This document shows, piece after piece, positions 37,942 to 48,147 of a DNA stretch of 64,000 nt (position 1 is its first letter; every line of letters begins with the position of its first letter). Below the pieces are notes generated by a model. That model was not told where the DNA came from and made no database searches. It was given only the letters and a program-made list of their open reading frames with translations. The stretch is from Candidatus Krumholzibacteriia bacterium. GTDB lineage: Bacteria; Krumholzibacteriota; Krumholzibacteriia; Krumholzibacteriales; Krumholzibacteriaceae. Location: NCBI GenBank assembly GCA_023131975.1, contig JAGLYV010000078.1, positions 73,240 through 137,239 on the forward strand, in the 5' to 3' direction. Both the position numbers and the translations under genes were made by a program.

Positions 37942-39006
37942 CTACCGACCTTCGAGTCTTGACCTTATATAATCTGCTCTCGCCCTGTCTCTTTCTTCAG
38001 CTTTCATCTCACGTTCATAGTGATGCTGAAGGTGCATAGGCTGGATCATGATCAGTATTTCATTCAAAATGGACAATTTTACATCATTGATGATTTTCAA
38101 CCCTACGCCGAGGCGAATGGCTGAGACCAAACTCATTGCTTCCTTGGAAGTTACAAGCCTGGCTGTCTTCAGTAATCCGTAAGACCTCCAGACCTTATCT
38201 TCAAGCAAAGTCCGTGCCTCCCTCAGGAGGCTTTCACGTGCTTTCTTTTCGAACTCCAGGACCTTCCTGATATGCGATTCCATATTGGCCACAGTATCTT
38301 CCTCCGATAGCCCCAAGGTGATACTGTTCGATATTTGAAAGATGTTACCACTGACCTCGCTACCCTCACCATAGCTACCCCGGACAGTGAGCCTTACCTG
38401 CCTCAGTCCGTCGATGACCTGCCTGATATCCTGGTTATGAACCAATCCGGGCAGATGCAGCATGGCAGATACACGCAGGCCAGTTCCCACATTCGTCGTA
38501 CAGGCCGTGAGGTATCCCAGCCTGTCCGAAAAGGCAAAGTCGAGTCGCTTGTCCAGTTCATCGTCAAAACCGCTGACCCTCTTAAACGCTTTCCTCAGGT
38601 TGAGGCCGGACTCCATCGACTGCATCCTCAGATGATCCTCCTCGTTGACCATCACACCGAGGGATTCATCCATGCCTGTTATCAATGCTCTATTCTTGAA
38701 ATTCATGACCATTTCGTGTGAGATCAATCGCCTTTCGGCGAGAAGAAGCCGGTCCGCGCCTGACATCCCATCCATTTCCATCATCAGCGGATCATCGATC
38801 AGGCGATTGTCCATCACGGCAGCTGAAACCTCGGATCTTATGGATTCGAGCATTTCCGAAGAAGCTATATGTGTGAAAGTATTATCGTCGAGGTTGCGCG
38901 CAAGCCTGACCCTGCTCGAAAGGACTATCTCGCTTTCCTCCCCTTCGTCAGACAGCCATCCTGTCGGTGTTTTCATCAATTCCGTGATGTCTGACATACA
39001 ATTCAT
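37942..39006 (-). CDS. mcsB: Protein arginine kinase
   Basis: SSRVRLARN, VNEEDHLR, TNVGTGLRVS, RGSYGEGS, FQISN; between mcsA and clpC. Confidence 0.92.
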   Translation of the reverse strand: MNCMSDITELMKTPTGWLSDEGEESEIVLSSRVRLARNLDDNTFTHIASSEMLESIRSEVSAAVMDNRLIDDPLMMEMDGMSGADRLLLAERRLISHEMVMNFKNRALITGMDESLGVMVNEEDHLRMQSMESGLNLRKAFKRVSGFDDELDKRLDFAFSDRLGYLTACTTNVGTGLRVSAMLHLPGLVHNQDIRQVIDGLRQVRLTVRGSYGEGSEVSGNIFQISNSITLGLSEEDTVANMESHIRKVLEFEKKARESLLREARTLLEDKVWRSYGLLKTARLVTSKEAMSLVSAIRLGVGLKIINDVKLSILNEILIMIQPMHLQHHYEREMKAEERDRARADYIRSRLEGR

Positions 39007-39518
39007 CCCTGTTCTGTGCCGGTACCGGAATCCTTCATTGAGTTGATCTCATCCCTGATCTCGGCAGCTCTCTCGTATTGTTCCAGTTCTATTGTATTCT
39101 GCAGTTCCCTCTGAAGCTCATGGATCTTCCTCGACAGATCGATCCTCTGACCAAATCTCTCCGGCACTTTCCCCTTGTGCCTCGTATCACCATGAATACT
39201 GGTCAGCACCTGATCGAGCTCGGTCCTGAATACCTCATAACACTGCGAGCATCCAAGTTTTCCCGTTTTCCTGAAATCGGCGTATGTCCTGTCGCACCCG
39301 GAACATCGTTTTCTGACTTTACCGGGTTTCTCGACTCCTGCCGCCAGGTTCATCAATCCGGCAAGCAGGTCTCCTTTTTCGAAATTGCTCTTCTTAAGAT
39401 AGTCGAATCCTTTTTCATCCGCACAGTCCTGACAGATATGTATCTTCTCCACCCTCGTACCGATAACATTGGTAAAATGTATCGTGGCTTCTCTCTCCTG
39501 GCAGAATTGACAAAGCAT
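39003..39518 (-). CDS. mcsA: McsA activator (CxxC pairs + UVR domain)
   Basis: CQFC, CQDC, CSGC, GKLGCSQCY, HKGKVP, EQYERAAEIRDEI. Confidence 0.92.
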   Translation of the reverse strand: MLCQFCQEREATIHFTNVIGTRVEKIHICQDCADEKGFDYLKKSNFEKGDLLAGLMNLAAGVEKPGKVRKRCSGCDRTYADFRKTGKLGCSQCYEVFRTELDQVLTSIHGDTRHKGKVPERFGQRIDLSRKIHELQRELQNTIELEQYERAAEIRDEINSMKDSGTGTEQG

Positions 39519-39519
39519 A

Positions 39520-40203
39520 TCAGCGCGTTTCCTCTCCTGTCAGTCGACCGTCCATCAGGACAAGCCCTCTGTCGGAAGCATCGAGCATTTCCCTTTTGTG
39601 AGTCACGACGACGAAAGTCTGGTTCTTCGACCGGCTCAGGTCCATGATCAGGGTATGAAGAAGGTCGCTGTTCCGTTCATCGAGGTTTCCCGTCGGTTCA
39701 TCGGCCAGTATTATCGCGGGCTCGTTCATCAGCGCTCTGGCGACAGCGACTCTCTGCTGCTCGCCTCCCGAGAGCTCCGCGGGCCGGTGGCTTGTCCTGT
39801 CAGCAAGGCCTACCTCGGAAAGAAGCATCTCGGCCCTTTTTTCGACAACGCTTCTCTGCGCACCGTGAAGGAACGAAGGCATCATGACATTTTCAAGAGC
39901 GTCGAATTCCGGCAGGAGGTAATGAAACTGAAAGATAAAACCGATATCGAGGTTCCTGATCCTGTTCAATTCCCGATCATTACACTCAGCCGGATCGGTC
40001 CCCTTGATGAGGATCCTGCCGCGGTCGGGCTTGTCAAGGGTCCCCAGAACATGCAGCAGAGTACTCTTTCCTACACCCGAGTCTCCGAGAATGGTGATGA
40101 CCTCACCTTCTTCCGCGGAGAAATCAAGGTCACGAAGCACTTCGATAGGGCCCTTACCGCCCTCGAAAGTCTTCCATATACCTTCCGCTTCTAGAATACT
40201 CAT
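39520..40203 (-). CDS. lolD: Lipoprotein-releasing ABC ATPase
   Basis: GDSGVGKS, GFIFQFHYLL, LSGGEQQRVAVARAL, DEPTGNLD; follows lolC/E. Confidence 0.9.
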   Translation of the reverse strand: MSILEAEGIWKTFEGGKGPIEVLRDLDFSAEEGEVITILGDSGVGKSTLLHVLGTLDKPDRGRILIKGTDPAECNDRELNRIRNLDIGFIFQFHYLLPEFDALENVMMPSFLHGAQRSVVEKRAEMLLSEVGLADRTSHRPAELSGGEQQRVAVARALMNEPAIILADEPTGNLDERNSDLLHTLIMDLSRSKNQTFVVVTHKREMLDASDRGLVLMDGRLTGEETR

Positions 40204-40220
40204 TTTCCGCCTCTGTTAAA

Positions 40221-40249
40221 AATATATGACTCAATGCTGCCGCAGGCAA
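40221..40249 (-). promoter_or_regulatory. Internal sigma-70-type promoter before lolD-mcsA-mcsB-clpC
   Basis: TTGCCT-N17-TATATT in the 69-nt lolC-lolD gap. Confidence 0.55.
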
Positions 40250-40272
40250 GTACCCCTGGCCGCGGGACTGCC

Positions 40273-41529
40273 TCAATCGTATTTTATAGCGTCAAGCGGC
40301 AACATATTACACGCTTCCCAACTGGGATATATCGTGGCTATGAAACATATTACCATCGAAGCGACAGAGACTGTCACTACATCGACCCATTCTATCAGCA
40401 CCGGGAGAGTATTGATGAAATATACTTCGGGCGGCAGATCGAGCCGCACCAGAGAAAGGAGAGAGCAGACGCCCAACCCCAATACTACCCCGAGAACCGT
40501 TCCTACCCCGCCTATCACGGTACCCTCTACCATAAATATAGACATGATCCCCCTCGATGAGGCTCCCATCGATCTGAGGATCCCGATCTCGCTCCGCTTT
40601 TCCATGATGACCATCGTCAGCATACCGACGAGGTTGAACGCCGCGATCAGTATTATCAGTGCGAGCAGAAGGAACATCAGTATCTTCTCCACCTTGATAT
40701 AACTGAAGAGATTGCTGTTCAGCGTGATCCAGTTGTTCATCCCATAGTCAATCGAGATGCTCTCTTCGATCTTATCCTGCATTTCCCTGGCCCGGTAGAT
40801 ATCCTCAATCCTGATACCCAGTCCTCTTGTCGAGCCTACATAGTCGTAGAGTGTCTCAGCTTCCCTGATGTCGATGTAGGCAAACCGGGAATCGAACTCG
40901 AACACTCCCGTCTTGAATGTCCCTATCACCCGGAATTCTCTCGTCCTCGGTTTAATATGTCCGACCCGCATCTCGGCCGGAGCGCTCACCAGGCTCAATA
41001 TCTCTCCATATGATACCCTGCCAAGATCCTCAGCCAGATCCTCGCCAAGCACTATTCCGGGAATCACTTCTCCATCAGCAAAACCCGATGTTTCGAATGA
41101 GGATATCGCCGGTTCGAAAGAATCAATGACCGTCGATACCGCTCTCTCCGAATCGAGATCCACCCCCTTCACTATCACTCCCTTGGTCTTGACCCTTCTC
41201 CCCGGAATAATCTCGTAGGAGATCAGTGACTCGCCCCTGATGAAAGGCGATGATGCGACGACACCCTCGATTTCCGCCAGATTCGTCGACACGGTGTCTA
41301 TCCCGGTCCAGGCCTGGGGATTTCTGGTAAAGACCAGAACATGAGTATTGAACTCGACTATCCTGTTCCTCAGTTCGTTTTCAAATCCGTTCATAAGCGA
41401 CAGGACAATTATCAGAGTCGTTACTCCTACTAGAGTCCCTCCTATCGCGATAATAGTCACCCGGGAGACGAATCCACTCCGTTTCCTGGCGCGAAGGTAT
41501 CTCATGGCGATTGCCAGTGAATAATGCAT
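40273..41529 (-). CDS. lolC: Lipoprotein-releasing ABC permease LolC/E
   Basis: RYLRARKR, VLSLMNGFE, MEKRSEIGILRSMGA, YFINTLPV, IYPSWEA. Confidence 0.9.
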   Translation of the reverse strand: MHYSLAIAMRYLRARKRSGFVSRVTIIAIGGTLVGVTTLIIVLSLMNGFENELRNRIVEFNTHVLVFTRNPQAWTGIDTVSTNLAEIEGVVASSPFIRGESLISYEIIPGRRVKTKGVIVKGVDLDSERAVSTVIDSFEPAISSFETSGFADGEVIPGIVLGEDLAEDLGRVSYGEILSLVSAPAEMRVGHIKPRTREFRVIGTFKTGVFEFDSRFAYIDIREAETLYDYVGSTRGLGIRIEDIYRAREMQDKIEESISIDYGMNNWITLNSNLFSYIKVEKILMFLLLALIILIAAFNLVGMLTMVIMEKRSEIGILRSMGASSRGIMSIFMVEGTVIGGVGTVLGVVLGLGVCSLLSLVRLDLPPEVYFINTLPVLIEWVDVVTVSVASMVICFIATIYPSWEACNMLPLDAIKYD

Positions 41530-43031
41530 CAGTCCTTGTCCGCTTCCCGCCCATGCTCAGGCCTCATCTGTGGAAATAATATGACATCCCTTATCGAGGA
41601 TGAATCGGTCAGAAGCATCACCATCCTGTCGATTCCGACACCAAGCCCCCCTGTAGGCGGCATACCATGTTCAAGCGCGCGCAGATAATCCTCGTCTATC
41701 GGATGCATATCATCGGCACCCTCTTTACGCATCCTCACCTGATCTTCGAACCGGGCTCGCTGATCGATCGGATCGTTGAGCTCGGTGAACGCGTTGGCCA
41801 CTTCGAATCCTGCTATATATGGTTCGAACCTTTCCACCAGGCCTTCCGTCGACCTGTGCATCTTGGCCAGGGGAGAGATCTCCACAGGATGGTCGGTGAT
41901 GAATGTAGGCTGGATCAAACCAGGCTCGACCAGTTCAGAGAACAATTCGTCGAGAAGAGCCCCCCTGCCCGTAACCCCACCGATATCGATATTGTGCTTT
42001 TTCGCCACTTTCTCTATTTCTGCCACATCAGCCACGGTGAGATCGACTCCGGTCTTCTCCTCAAGAGATCTGAAAAATGTGAGTCTCTTCCACGGCGGAG
42101 CCAGATCGATCTCGTGTTCCCCATATTTTATACTGGTCGTCCCCAGCACCTTTTCACAGACTCGCGCGTACATCTCCTCGAGAAACCCCATCATGTCGTT
42201 ATAGTCCCAGTAAGCGGCATAACATTCCAGCATGGTGAACTCGGGATTGTGGGACCTGTCCATCCCCTCGTTCCGGAAATCCTTGCAGAACTCGAACACC
42301 CTTTCCATCCCACCTACGACCAGGCGTTTCAGATAGAGTTCGTCCGCGATCCGCAGATAGAGGGTCATGTCGAGAGTGTTGTGATGGGTAACGAACGGCC
42401 TTGCCATCGCACCACCGTACAGGGGCTGCAGGATGGGCGTCTCGACCTCAAGAAAGTTATGCTGCCTGAGATAGTCCCTGACAGTATCGATGATCAGAGT
42501 ACGGGTCCTGAATACTTCCATCACCTCGTCGTTCACTATAAGATCGACGTATCTTCTCCTGTACCGGAGCTCTTTGTCCTGCAGGCCATGGTACTTTTCG
42601 GGAAGTGGCAGGATCGCCTTGCTGAGAAGTTCTATCTTCCGCACCTTGACTGTCAGTTCCTCTGTCCTGGTCCTGAAAAGAACGCCCCATATTCCAGCGA
42701 TGTCTCCAATATCGGTCATCTTGTAAAGGGCCCATGTCTTCTCGTCGACATCCGCGTCCTTTATATAGAACTGAATACTCCCCGTATCATCCTTGATATT
42801 TCCAAACGATGTATGGCCATGTCCCCTTGCCGACATGATCCGTCCAGCGATCGCGATCTCTACCTCTTCCGGAAGAAGAGTCTCCTCGCCCTTCCTGACT
42901 TCCTCGATACTATGGGTCCGCTGAAACCTGTAGGGATACGGGTTGATACCCATCTCCCTCAGCCGGGCAAGCTTTTCGATCCTGATATCGCGCTCACGTC
43001 CGCCTTCTTTCGTATTATCCCTGTCACTCAC
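41529..43031 (-). CDS. lysS: Lysyl-tRNA synthetase (class II)
   Basis: YRRRYVDL, EVETPIL, FRNEG, HNPEFTMLE, GMPPTGGLGVGIDR. Confidence 0.97.
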   Translation of the reverse strand: MSDRDNTKEGGRERDIRIEKLARLREMGINPYPYRFQRTHSIEEVRKGEETLLPEEVEIAIAGRIMSARGHGHTSFGNIKDDTGSIQFYIKDADVDEKTWALYKMTDIGDIAGIWGVLFRTRTEELTVKVRKIELLSKAILPLPEKYHGLQDKELRYRRRYVDLIVNDEVMEVFRTRTLIIDTVRDYLRQHNFLEVETPILQPLYGGAMARPFVTHHNTLDMTLYLRIADELYLKRLVVGGMERVFEFCKDFRNEGMDRSHNPEFTMLECYAAYWDYNDMMGFLEEMYARVCEKVLGTTSIKYGEHEIDLAPPWKRLTFFRSLEEKTGVDLTVADVAEIEKVAKKHNIDIGGVTGRGALLDELFSELVEPGLIQPTFITDHPVEISPLAKMHRSTEGLVERFEPYIAGFEVANAFTELNDPIDQRARFEDQVRMRKEGADDMHPIDEDYLRALEHGMPPTGGLGVGIDRMVMLLTDSSSIRDVILFPQMRPEHGREADKD

Positions 43032-43032
43032 T

Positions 43033-44152
43033 TTACTGTTTCCTTTCCTTCCACCTCAAAAAACCTTCGATGAATTGATCGATCTCCCCATCCATCACCG
43101 CCTGAATATTACCTGTCTGAACGCTGGTGCGGTGATCCTTGACCATAGTATATGGATGAAATACATAACTCCTGATCTGGTTTCCCCAGGAAATATCTTT
43201 TTTCTCTCCGGCCACCTTCGCTCTCCGCGCATCTTCCTCTTCAAGAAGTTTTAAGTAGATCCTTGAGCGAAGCACCTTCATGGCCGACTCCCTGTTCCGG
43301 TGCTGACTCCGTTCGTTTTGACACTGAACGACGATTCCCGTGGGAAAATGGGTTATGCGGATCGCGGAATCCGTCTTGTTCACATGCTGTCCGCCAGCTC
43401 CACTTGCGCGGTATGTGTCGACCCTGATATCTTCAGGATTTATCTCGACTTCAATGTCTTCGGCCACTTCGGGATATATGAATATCGAGGCGAAAGAAGT
43501 ATGCCTTCTGTGATTGGCGTCGAATGGGGATATCCTTACCAGGCGATGTATGCCGCCTTCAGATTTCAGCCGGCCATAGGCCATCTCTCCCTTCACTTCG
43601 ATAGTCGCGTTCTTGATCCCGGCCTCGTCGCCAGGTTGAAGGTCGAGCAGTTTGTACTGATACCCGTTTCTGTCCATGTAGCGTGTATAGAGCCGCAGAA
43701 GCATCTCGGCCCAGTCCTGAGACTCCGTCCCTCCAGCGCCAGGATGGATGTTCATCAGGGCGTTTCCCCTGTCATTCTCGCCGGAGAGAAGGACCCGGAG
43801 TTCGAATTCATCCATCCTCTTTCCGATTTTGCCCAGTTCAGAGATTATCTCGGAAAGGATCGAGTCGTCTTCATCATCATTGTTGAGGACGATAAGTTCA
43901 CGGAGAGATACGAGGTCGTCCTTCAGTCTGACATATGGCTCTATCTGATTCTTGAGAGTTTTTAAGCTGGAAACGAGTTTCTCCGCCTTTTGCCGGTCGT
44001 TCCAGAAATCGGGAGAGGACATCTTCTCTTCGATCGCCACGCTCTCTGAGGTCATTTTTTCGAGGTCAAAGAAACTCCTTGAGGCTGAAAAGTCTTTCTT
44101 CCATCCCGCTGACAGATCCTTCTATTTCTTTCAGTGATATCTTCTCGTTCAT
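43033..44152 (-). CDS. prfB: Peptide chain release factor 2, translated by programmed +1 frameshift
   Basis: Frame-0 ORF 44152-44066 (MNEKISLKEIEGSVSGMEERLFSLKEFL*) ends at CTT TGA C; the +1 frame continues DLEKMTS... and contains SPF and GGQ; about 372 aa in total. Confidence 0.96.
44065..44080 (-). promoter_or_regulatory. prfB frameshift signal
   Basis: AAGGAG TTT CTT TGA C: internal SD 3 nt upstream of the slippery CTT-TGA-C. Confidence 0.95.
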
Positions 44153-44165
44153 CAGTGCCCCTCCA

Positions 44166-44774
44166 TTACAGGCCCTGTTCTTTCAGGAAAAGGTCACGTA
44201 CCTCTTCCGTTCTCATTATCGTATCTTTCTTTGAACCGGAAGCATCTATTCTTACATCAGCAATGGCCCATCCGGTCCTGAGATAGTCCTGCCGCTCGAT
44301 CCTGGCCAGCGCGTTCTCCCTCGATATCCCGTCTCTCTTCATCATCCTGTTGACCCTTATAGATCCGGGCGCGTCGACGAGAACGACCAGGTCGACTTTG
44401 AATCTGAACTTATACTCAAAAAAGAGGACGGCATCAAGGACTATGTACTTTTCCGTCTTCTGTTTTTCACGAATTCTTTCGCTCACAAGCCGCTTGACGA
44501 AAGGCTTGACCAGCCTGTTCAGTTCCGCAATCCTGCCTGTGCCCGAAAACACCACCCTGCCAAGCTTTTTCCGCGACACCTTTCCCGAAGGCGTCAAGAC
44601 ACCCACCCCGAATACTTTTTTAAGCTTCGCCCTGAGAAGGGGCTCTTCGTACACCTCCCTCGCCATGGGATCTGCCATCAGCAGGCAGCCTTCCCTTCCG
44701 GCGATGATCTTCGCCATGGTCGTCTTGCCCGACCCGATCGGCCCGGTGACCACGATCACGGGACAACGCATCAA
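44166..44774 (-). CDS. coaE: Dephospho-CoA kinase
   Basis: TGPIGSGKT, SRKKLGRVVF, LDAVLFFE, RMMKRDG; follows polA. Confidence 0.88.
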   Translation of the reverse strand: MMRCPVIVVTGPIGSGKTTMAKIIAGREGCLLMADPMAREVYEEPLLRAKLKKVFGVGVLTPSGKVSRKKLGRVVFSGTGRIAELNRLVKPFVKRLVSERIREKQKTEKYIVLDAVLFFEYKFRFKVDLVVLVDAPGSIRVNRMMKRDGISRENALARIERQDYLRTGWAIADVRIDASGSKKDTIMRTEEVRDLFLKEQGL

Positions 44775-47479
44775 TGAGCCTCCAGCCAGTTATCTCCGGT
44801 ATCCATGTCCACTTTCAGTGGTACATCCAGCTTGATGGCAGATTCCATCAATTCCCTGACAAGATCCTTCATCGTATCGATCTCGTCCGGCACGACGTCA
44901 AAGACAAGTTCATCGTGGACCTGCAGTATCATACTGCTCTCCAGTCCTCGCCTCATGATCTCGGTGTCGATGTTGATCATGGCTATCTTGATCATGTCTG
45001 CCGCGGTCCCCTGTATAGGCGTATTCACAGCATTGCGTTCAGCGAAACTGCGGAATCTGCCATTACTGCTATTGATATCAGGCAGAGGACGCCTTCGGCC
45101 CATCAGTGTCTCCGCGTACCCTTTCTTCCTGGCCATCTCCTTGGATTCTTCTATGAACTCCGCTATGCCCGGGTACTGCTCAAAATATCCATCGATAAAA
45201 TCTTTCGCCTCTTCAAGCGGAATACGCAGCTGCTGGGAGAGTGCCCTTGCCCCCTGCCCGTACATCAATCCGAAATTGATAGTCTTTGCCGCCGATCTCA
45301 TCGCCCTGGTCACCTCAGCCTCATCGACCTCGAAGATCTTTGACGCGGTACGCGTGTGTATATCGCACTCATCCCTGAAAGCGGCCACGAGCCCGGGGTC
45401 TTTCGACAGATGAGCCATGATCCTGAGCTCGACCTGGGAATAATCCGCATCTAGGAGTATCCTTCCATCGCTGGGAATAAAGGCGCTTCGGATCTGCCGC
45501 CCGGGTTCGGTCCTGATCGGTATGTTCTGAAGGTTGGGGTCGCTGGATGAAAGTCTCCCGGTGCTTGTCACCGTCTGATTAAACGACGTATGTATCTTCC
45601 CGGTCTTATAGTTGACCAGCCGGGGCAGGTTGTCGACATAGGTACTGGACATCTTCGACATCTGTCTGTAATCCAGCATCAACGCCGCGATCTCGTGTTC
45701 GACCGCCAATTCAGTCAGAACGGTCACATCAGTCGAATAGCCCGTCTTCGTCTTTTTCCCCGGTGGAAGTCCGAGCTTTTCGAAAAGTATTCTCTGCAGC
45801 TGCTGGTTCGAGTTTATGTTGAACTCCTCGCCCGCGACAGCGTATATCCCTTCTGTCAATCGCTCCAGTTCAGTCGAGATCTCTTCAGAGAGCTTCCCGA
45901 GCCTTTCCGTGTCGAGGGTCATTCCCTCCTGTTCCATCCTCTTCAGAACAAAGCTGAGGGGCATCTCTACATTTTCGAAAAGATCCTCCAGGTCATCCTC
46001 TTCGAGCAATGCCGAGAATATCTCCTTCAACCTGTATGTAAAGTCGGCGTCCTCGCACGCGTACTCGCAGAGTCGTTCGACAGGAACCTTCCTGATATCT
46101 TTTATCCGGTCTCGTTTCTCGAACAGATCACCGTATGGGATCATCCTGTACCTGCAGTACTCCATGACCAGATTATCAAGAGAATGAGACCTGCGTGACG
46201 GGTCTATACAATATGAAGCGATCATCGTGTCCCAGTCGACTCCTTCGACTGCAAATCCATGCGATTCAAGCACGATGAGATCGTATTTTATATTCTGCCC
46301 TGTTTTCGTCAGAGAGGGGTCGGCGAGGACGGACCCGAGTTTATCCCTTACCATCTCAAGCGATATCCCCTGGCTCACACTCTCATCGTCCGGAAACAGT
46401 TCATCTGGAGACTCGGCGGTCAGAGTCTCGACAGGAACATACCAGGCCCTGCCCTTTTCCGTGGAAAAGGCAATTCCCACAAGCTCAGCTTCGAGAGGGT
46501 CGATCGAAGTAGTCTCCGTGTCGAGAGCGAAATCACCCGATTCCCTGAGAATAGACGCGAGTTCATCAAGCCCCTTTTCATCGACGAGAGAATAGGCCCT
46601 GTCGACTGTTTCTCGCTCACCAAGCCTCAGATCCTTGATGATCTGGTGGAACTCCATATCCAGAAGTATCTCGGTGACCTTCTCCTCGTCCATATCGCTC
46701 TTTACCATATCCCTGTATCCCATATCGAGTGGGACATCTACAAGCTCGACAAGAGTCCTGGAAAAGATCGCCTCTTCTTTGCCCTCACTTATCTTTCTGC
46801 TTACATGGGCCGGCTCGATCTCTTCGGCTTTCCGGAGGACCTCGTCAAGGGAACCATACTTTACCAGAAGAGACAGGGCTGTTTTCTCACCTATCCCTTT
46901 CACTCCCGGTATATTGTCCGCGCTGTCCCCCATCATTGCCAGGAGGTCTCCTATCTGGGACGGCTTCAGGCCAAACCGCTTTTTCAGGTATTCGGGCCCG
47001 GTCTCGTCCTCAAGATCGTTTCCCTTCGATGGCCTGATCATTTTCACCCGGTCGCTCAGCAACTGAAAGAGGTCCTTGTCGCTGGAGATTATCCTCACAT
47101 CGAGGCCGTCATTTTCAGCTTCTTTCGCGAGAGTCGCGATAATATCGTCTGCCTCGTATCCGGGCGCGAATAGTACAGGCACCCCGAGAGCCTCCATCAA
47201 TTCCACTATAACGGGTATCTGATGCTGCATATCATCCGGCATCGGTTCTCTGTTTGCCTTGTATTCTTCGTATTGCTGGTGTCTGCCAGTCTCTTCCTCC
47301 GAATCGAATGTCACAGCTATATGATCGGGAGCATATTTTTCCAGTAATCTGAGGATGAGCCTGACAAATCCATAGACAGCGCTGGTATTCTCCCCTCTGG
47401 AATTCGTAAGAGGGTTTCTGATCAACGCGTAATACGACCTGTAGGCGATCGCGTGTCCATCTATGAGGAAAAGAGTCAT
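44771..47479 (-). CDS. polA: DNA polymerase I (5'-3' exonuclease, 3'-5' exonuclease, polymerase)
   Basis: LIDGH, YEADD, DTETT/NIKYD/YACEDAD exonuclease motifs, DYSQVELR, AKTINFGLMYG, QVHDE. Confidence 0.98.
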   Translation of the reverse strand: MTLFLIDGHAIAYRSYYALIRNPLTNSRGENTSAVYGFVRLILRLLEKYAPDHIAVTFDSEEETGRHQQYEEYKANREPMPDDMQHQIPVIVELMEALGVPVLFAPGYEADDIIATLAKEAENDGLDVRIISSDKDLFQLLSDRVKMIRPSKGNDLEDETGPEYLKKRFGLKPSQIGDLLAMMGDSADNIPGVKGIGEKTALSLLVKYGSLDEVLRKAEEIEPAHVSRKISEGKEEAIFSRTLVELVDVPLDMGYRDMVKSDMDEEKVTEILLDMEFHQIIKDLRLGERETVDRAYSLVDEKGLDELASILRESGDFALDTETTSIDPLEAELVGIAFSTEKGRAWYVPVETLTAESPDELFPDDESVSQGISLEMVRDKLGSVLADPSLTKTGQNIKYDLIVLESHGFAVEGVDWDTMIASYCIDPSRRSHSLDNLVMEYCRYRMIPYGDLFEKRDRIKDIRKVPVERLCEYACEDADFTYRLKEIFSALLEEDDLEDLFENVEMPLSFVLKRMEQEGMTLDTERLGKLSEEISTELERLTEGIYAVAGEEFNINSNQQLQRILFEKLGLPPGKKTKTGYSTDVTVLTELAVEHEIAALMLDYRQMSKMSSTYVDNLPRLVNYKTGKIHTSFNQTVTSTGRLSSSDPNLQNIPIRTEPGRQIRSAFIPSDGRILLDADYSQVELRIMAHLSKDPGLVAAFRDECDIHTRTASKIFEVDEAEVTRAMRSAAKTINFGLMYGQGARALSQQLRIPLEEAKDFIDGYFEQYPGIAEFIEESKEMARKKGYAETLMGRRRPLPDINSSNGRFRSFAERNAVNTPIQGTAADMIKIAMINIDTEIMRRGLESSMILQVHDELVFDVVPDEIDTMKDLVRELMESAIKLDVPLKVDMDTGDNWLEAH

Positions 47480-48147
47480 TTCGTTTCCTCTCCCCCGGTG
47501 AGATACAGGGACTTCCCGCTGATATACCGCTCGACCTGGTCGGGCACCAGATGCCCTATCGAACCACCCTCCTCGACCGTTCTCCTGACGAGCGTGGACG
47601 AGATGCCGTTGGCTCCCTCGCTGAAAACGATAACGGCTGATTCCCGGGGCAGTTCACAATCCAGCGAATACTCCGGTCTCTGCATCGCGACTATTGTCGA
47701 ATTCTCGAATATCAGATCGGGCCTCCTCCAGCGTGTGATCTCCCTTAGAGAATCCCCGCCGATAAGGAGATGGATTTGTTTTCTATCGAATCCCTTATCT
47801 CTGAAATGCATCACGGACTCCCATGTATAGGAAACGCTGTTTTTCTTTTCGAGGAGAGATATCTCGAATCGAGGGTTGTCGCTGATAGCCATATCGACCA
47901 TTTTCAGTCGATCTTCAAAACCCGCGATCACCGCGGTTCGTTTGTGTGGCGGAAAAGCCGTAGGAATAAAATACACGTGTTGTAACCCGATGTACTCCAT
48001 CGCGGTCTGCGCCAGGATGAGATGTCCGTTGTGGATGGGATCGAAGGAGCCACCGAAAAGCCCTATCTTATCCCTGCTCTTCACTACTCTGCCCTCCGGT
48101 GAGGTCTTTGAGCCTCGCGCCGGCTTCCTCTTTCTCATCGAATTCAT
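47476..48147 (-). CDS. nadD: Nicotinate-nucleotide adenylyltransferase
   Basis: GGSFDPIHNGH, PPHK, IGGDS, ISSTLVR. Confidence 0.93.
   Translation of the reverse strand: MNSMRKRKPARGSKTSPEGRVVKSRDKIGLFGGSFDPIHNGHLILAQTAMEYIGLQHVYFIPTAFPPHKRTAVIAGFEDRLKMVDMAISDNPRFEISLLEKKNSVSYTWESVMHFRDKGFDRKQIHLLIGGDSLREITRWRRPDLIFENSTIVAMQRPEYSLDCELPRESAVIVFSEGANGISSTLVRRTVEEGGSIGHLVPDQVERYISGKSLYLTGGEETK

Noticed and set aside
41667-43073. 468-aa plus-strand ORF antisense to lysS
   Set aside because: No recognisable motifs or RBS; best explained as a shadow ORF from codon bias of the conserved sense gene
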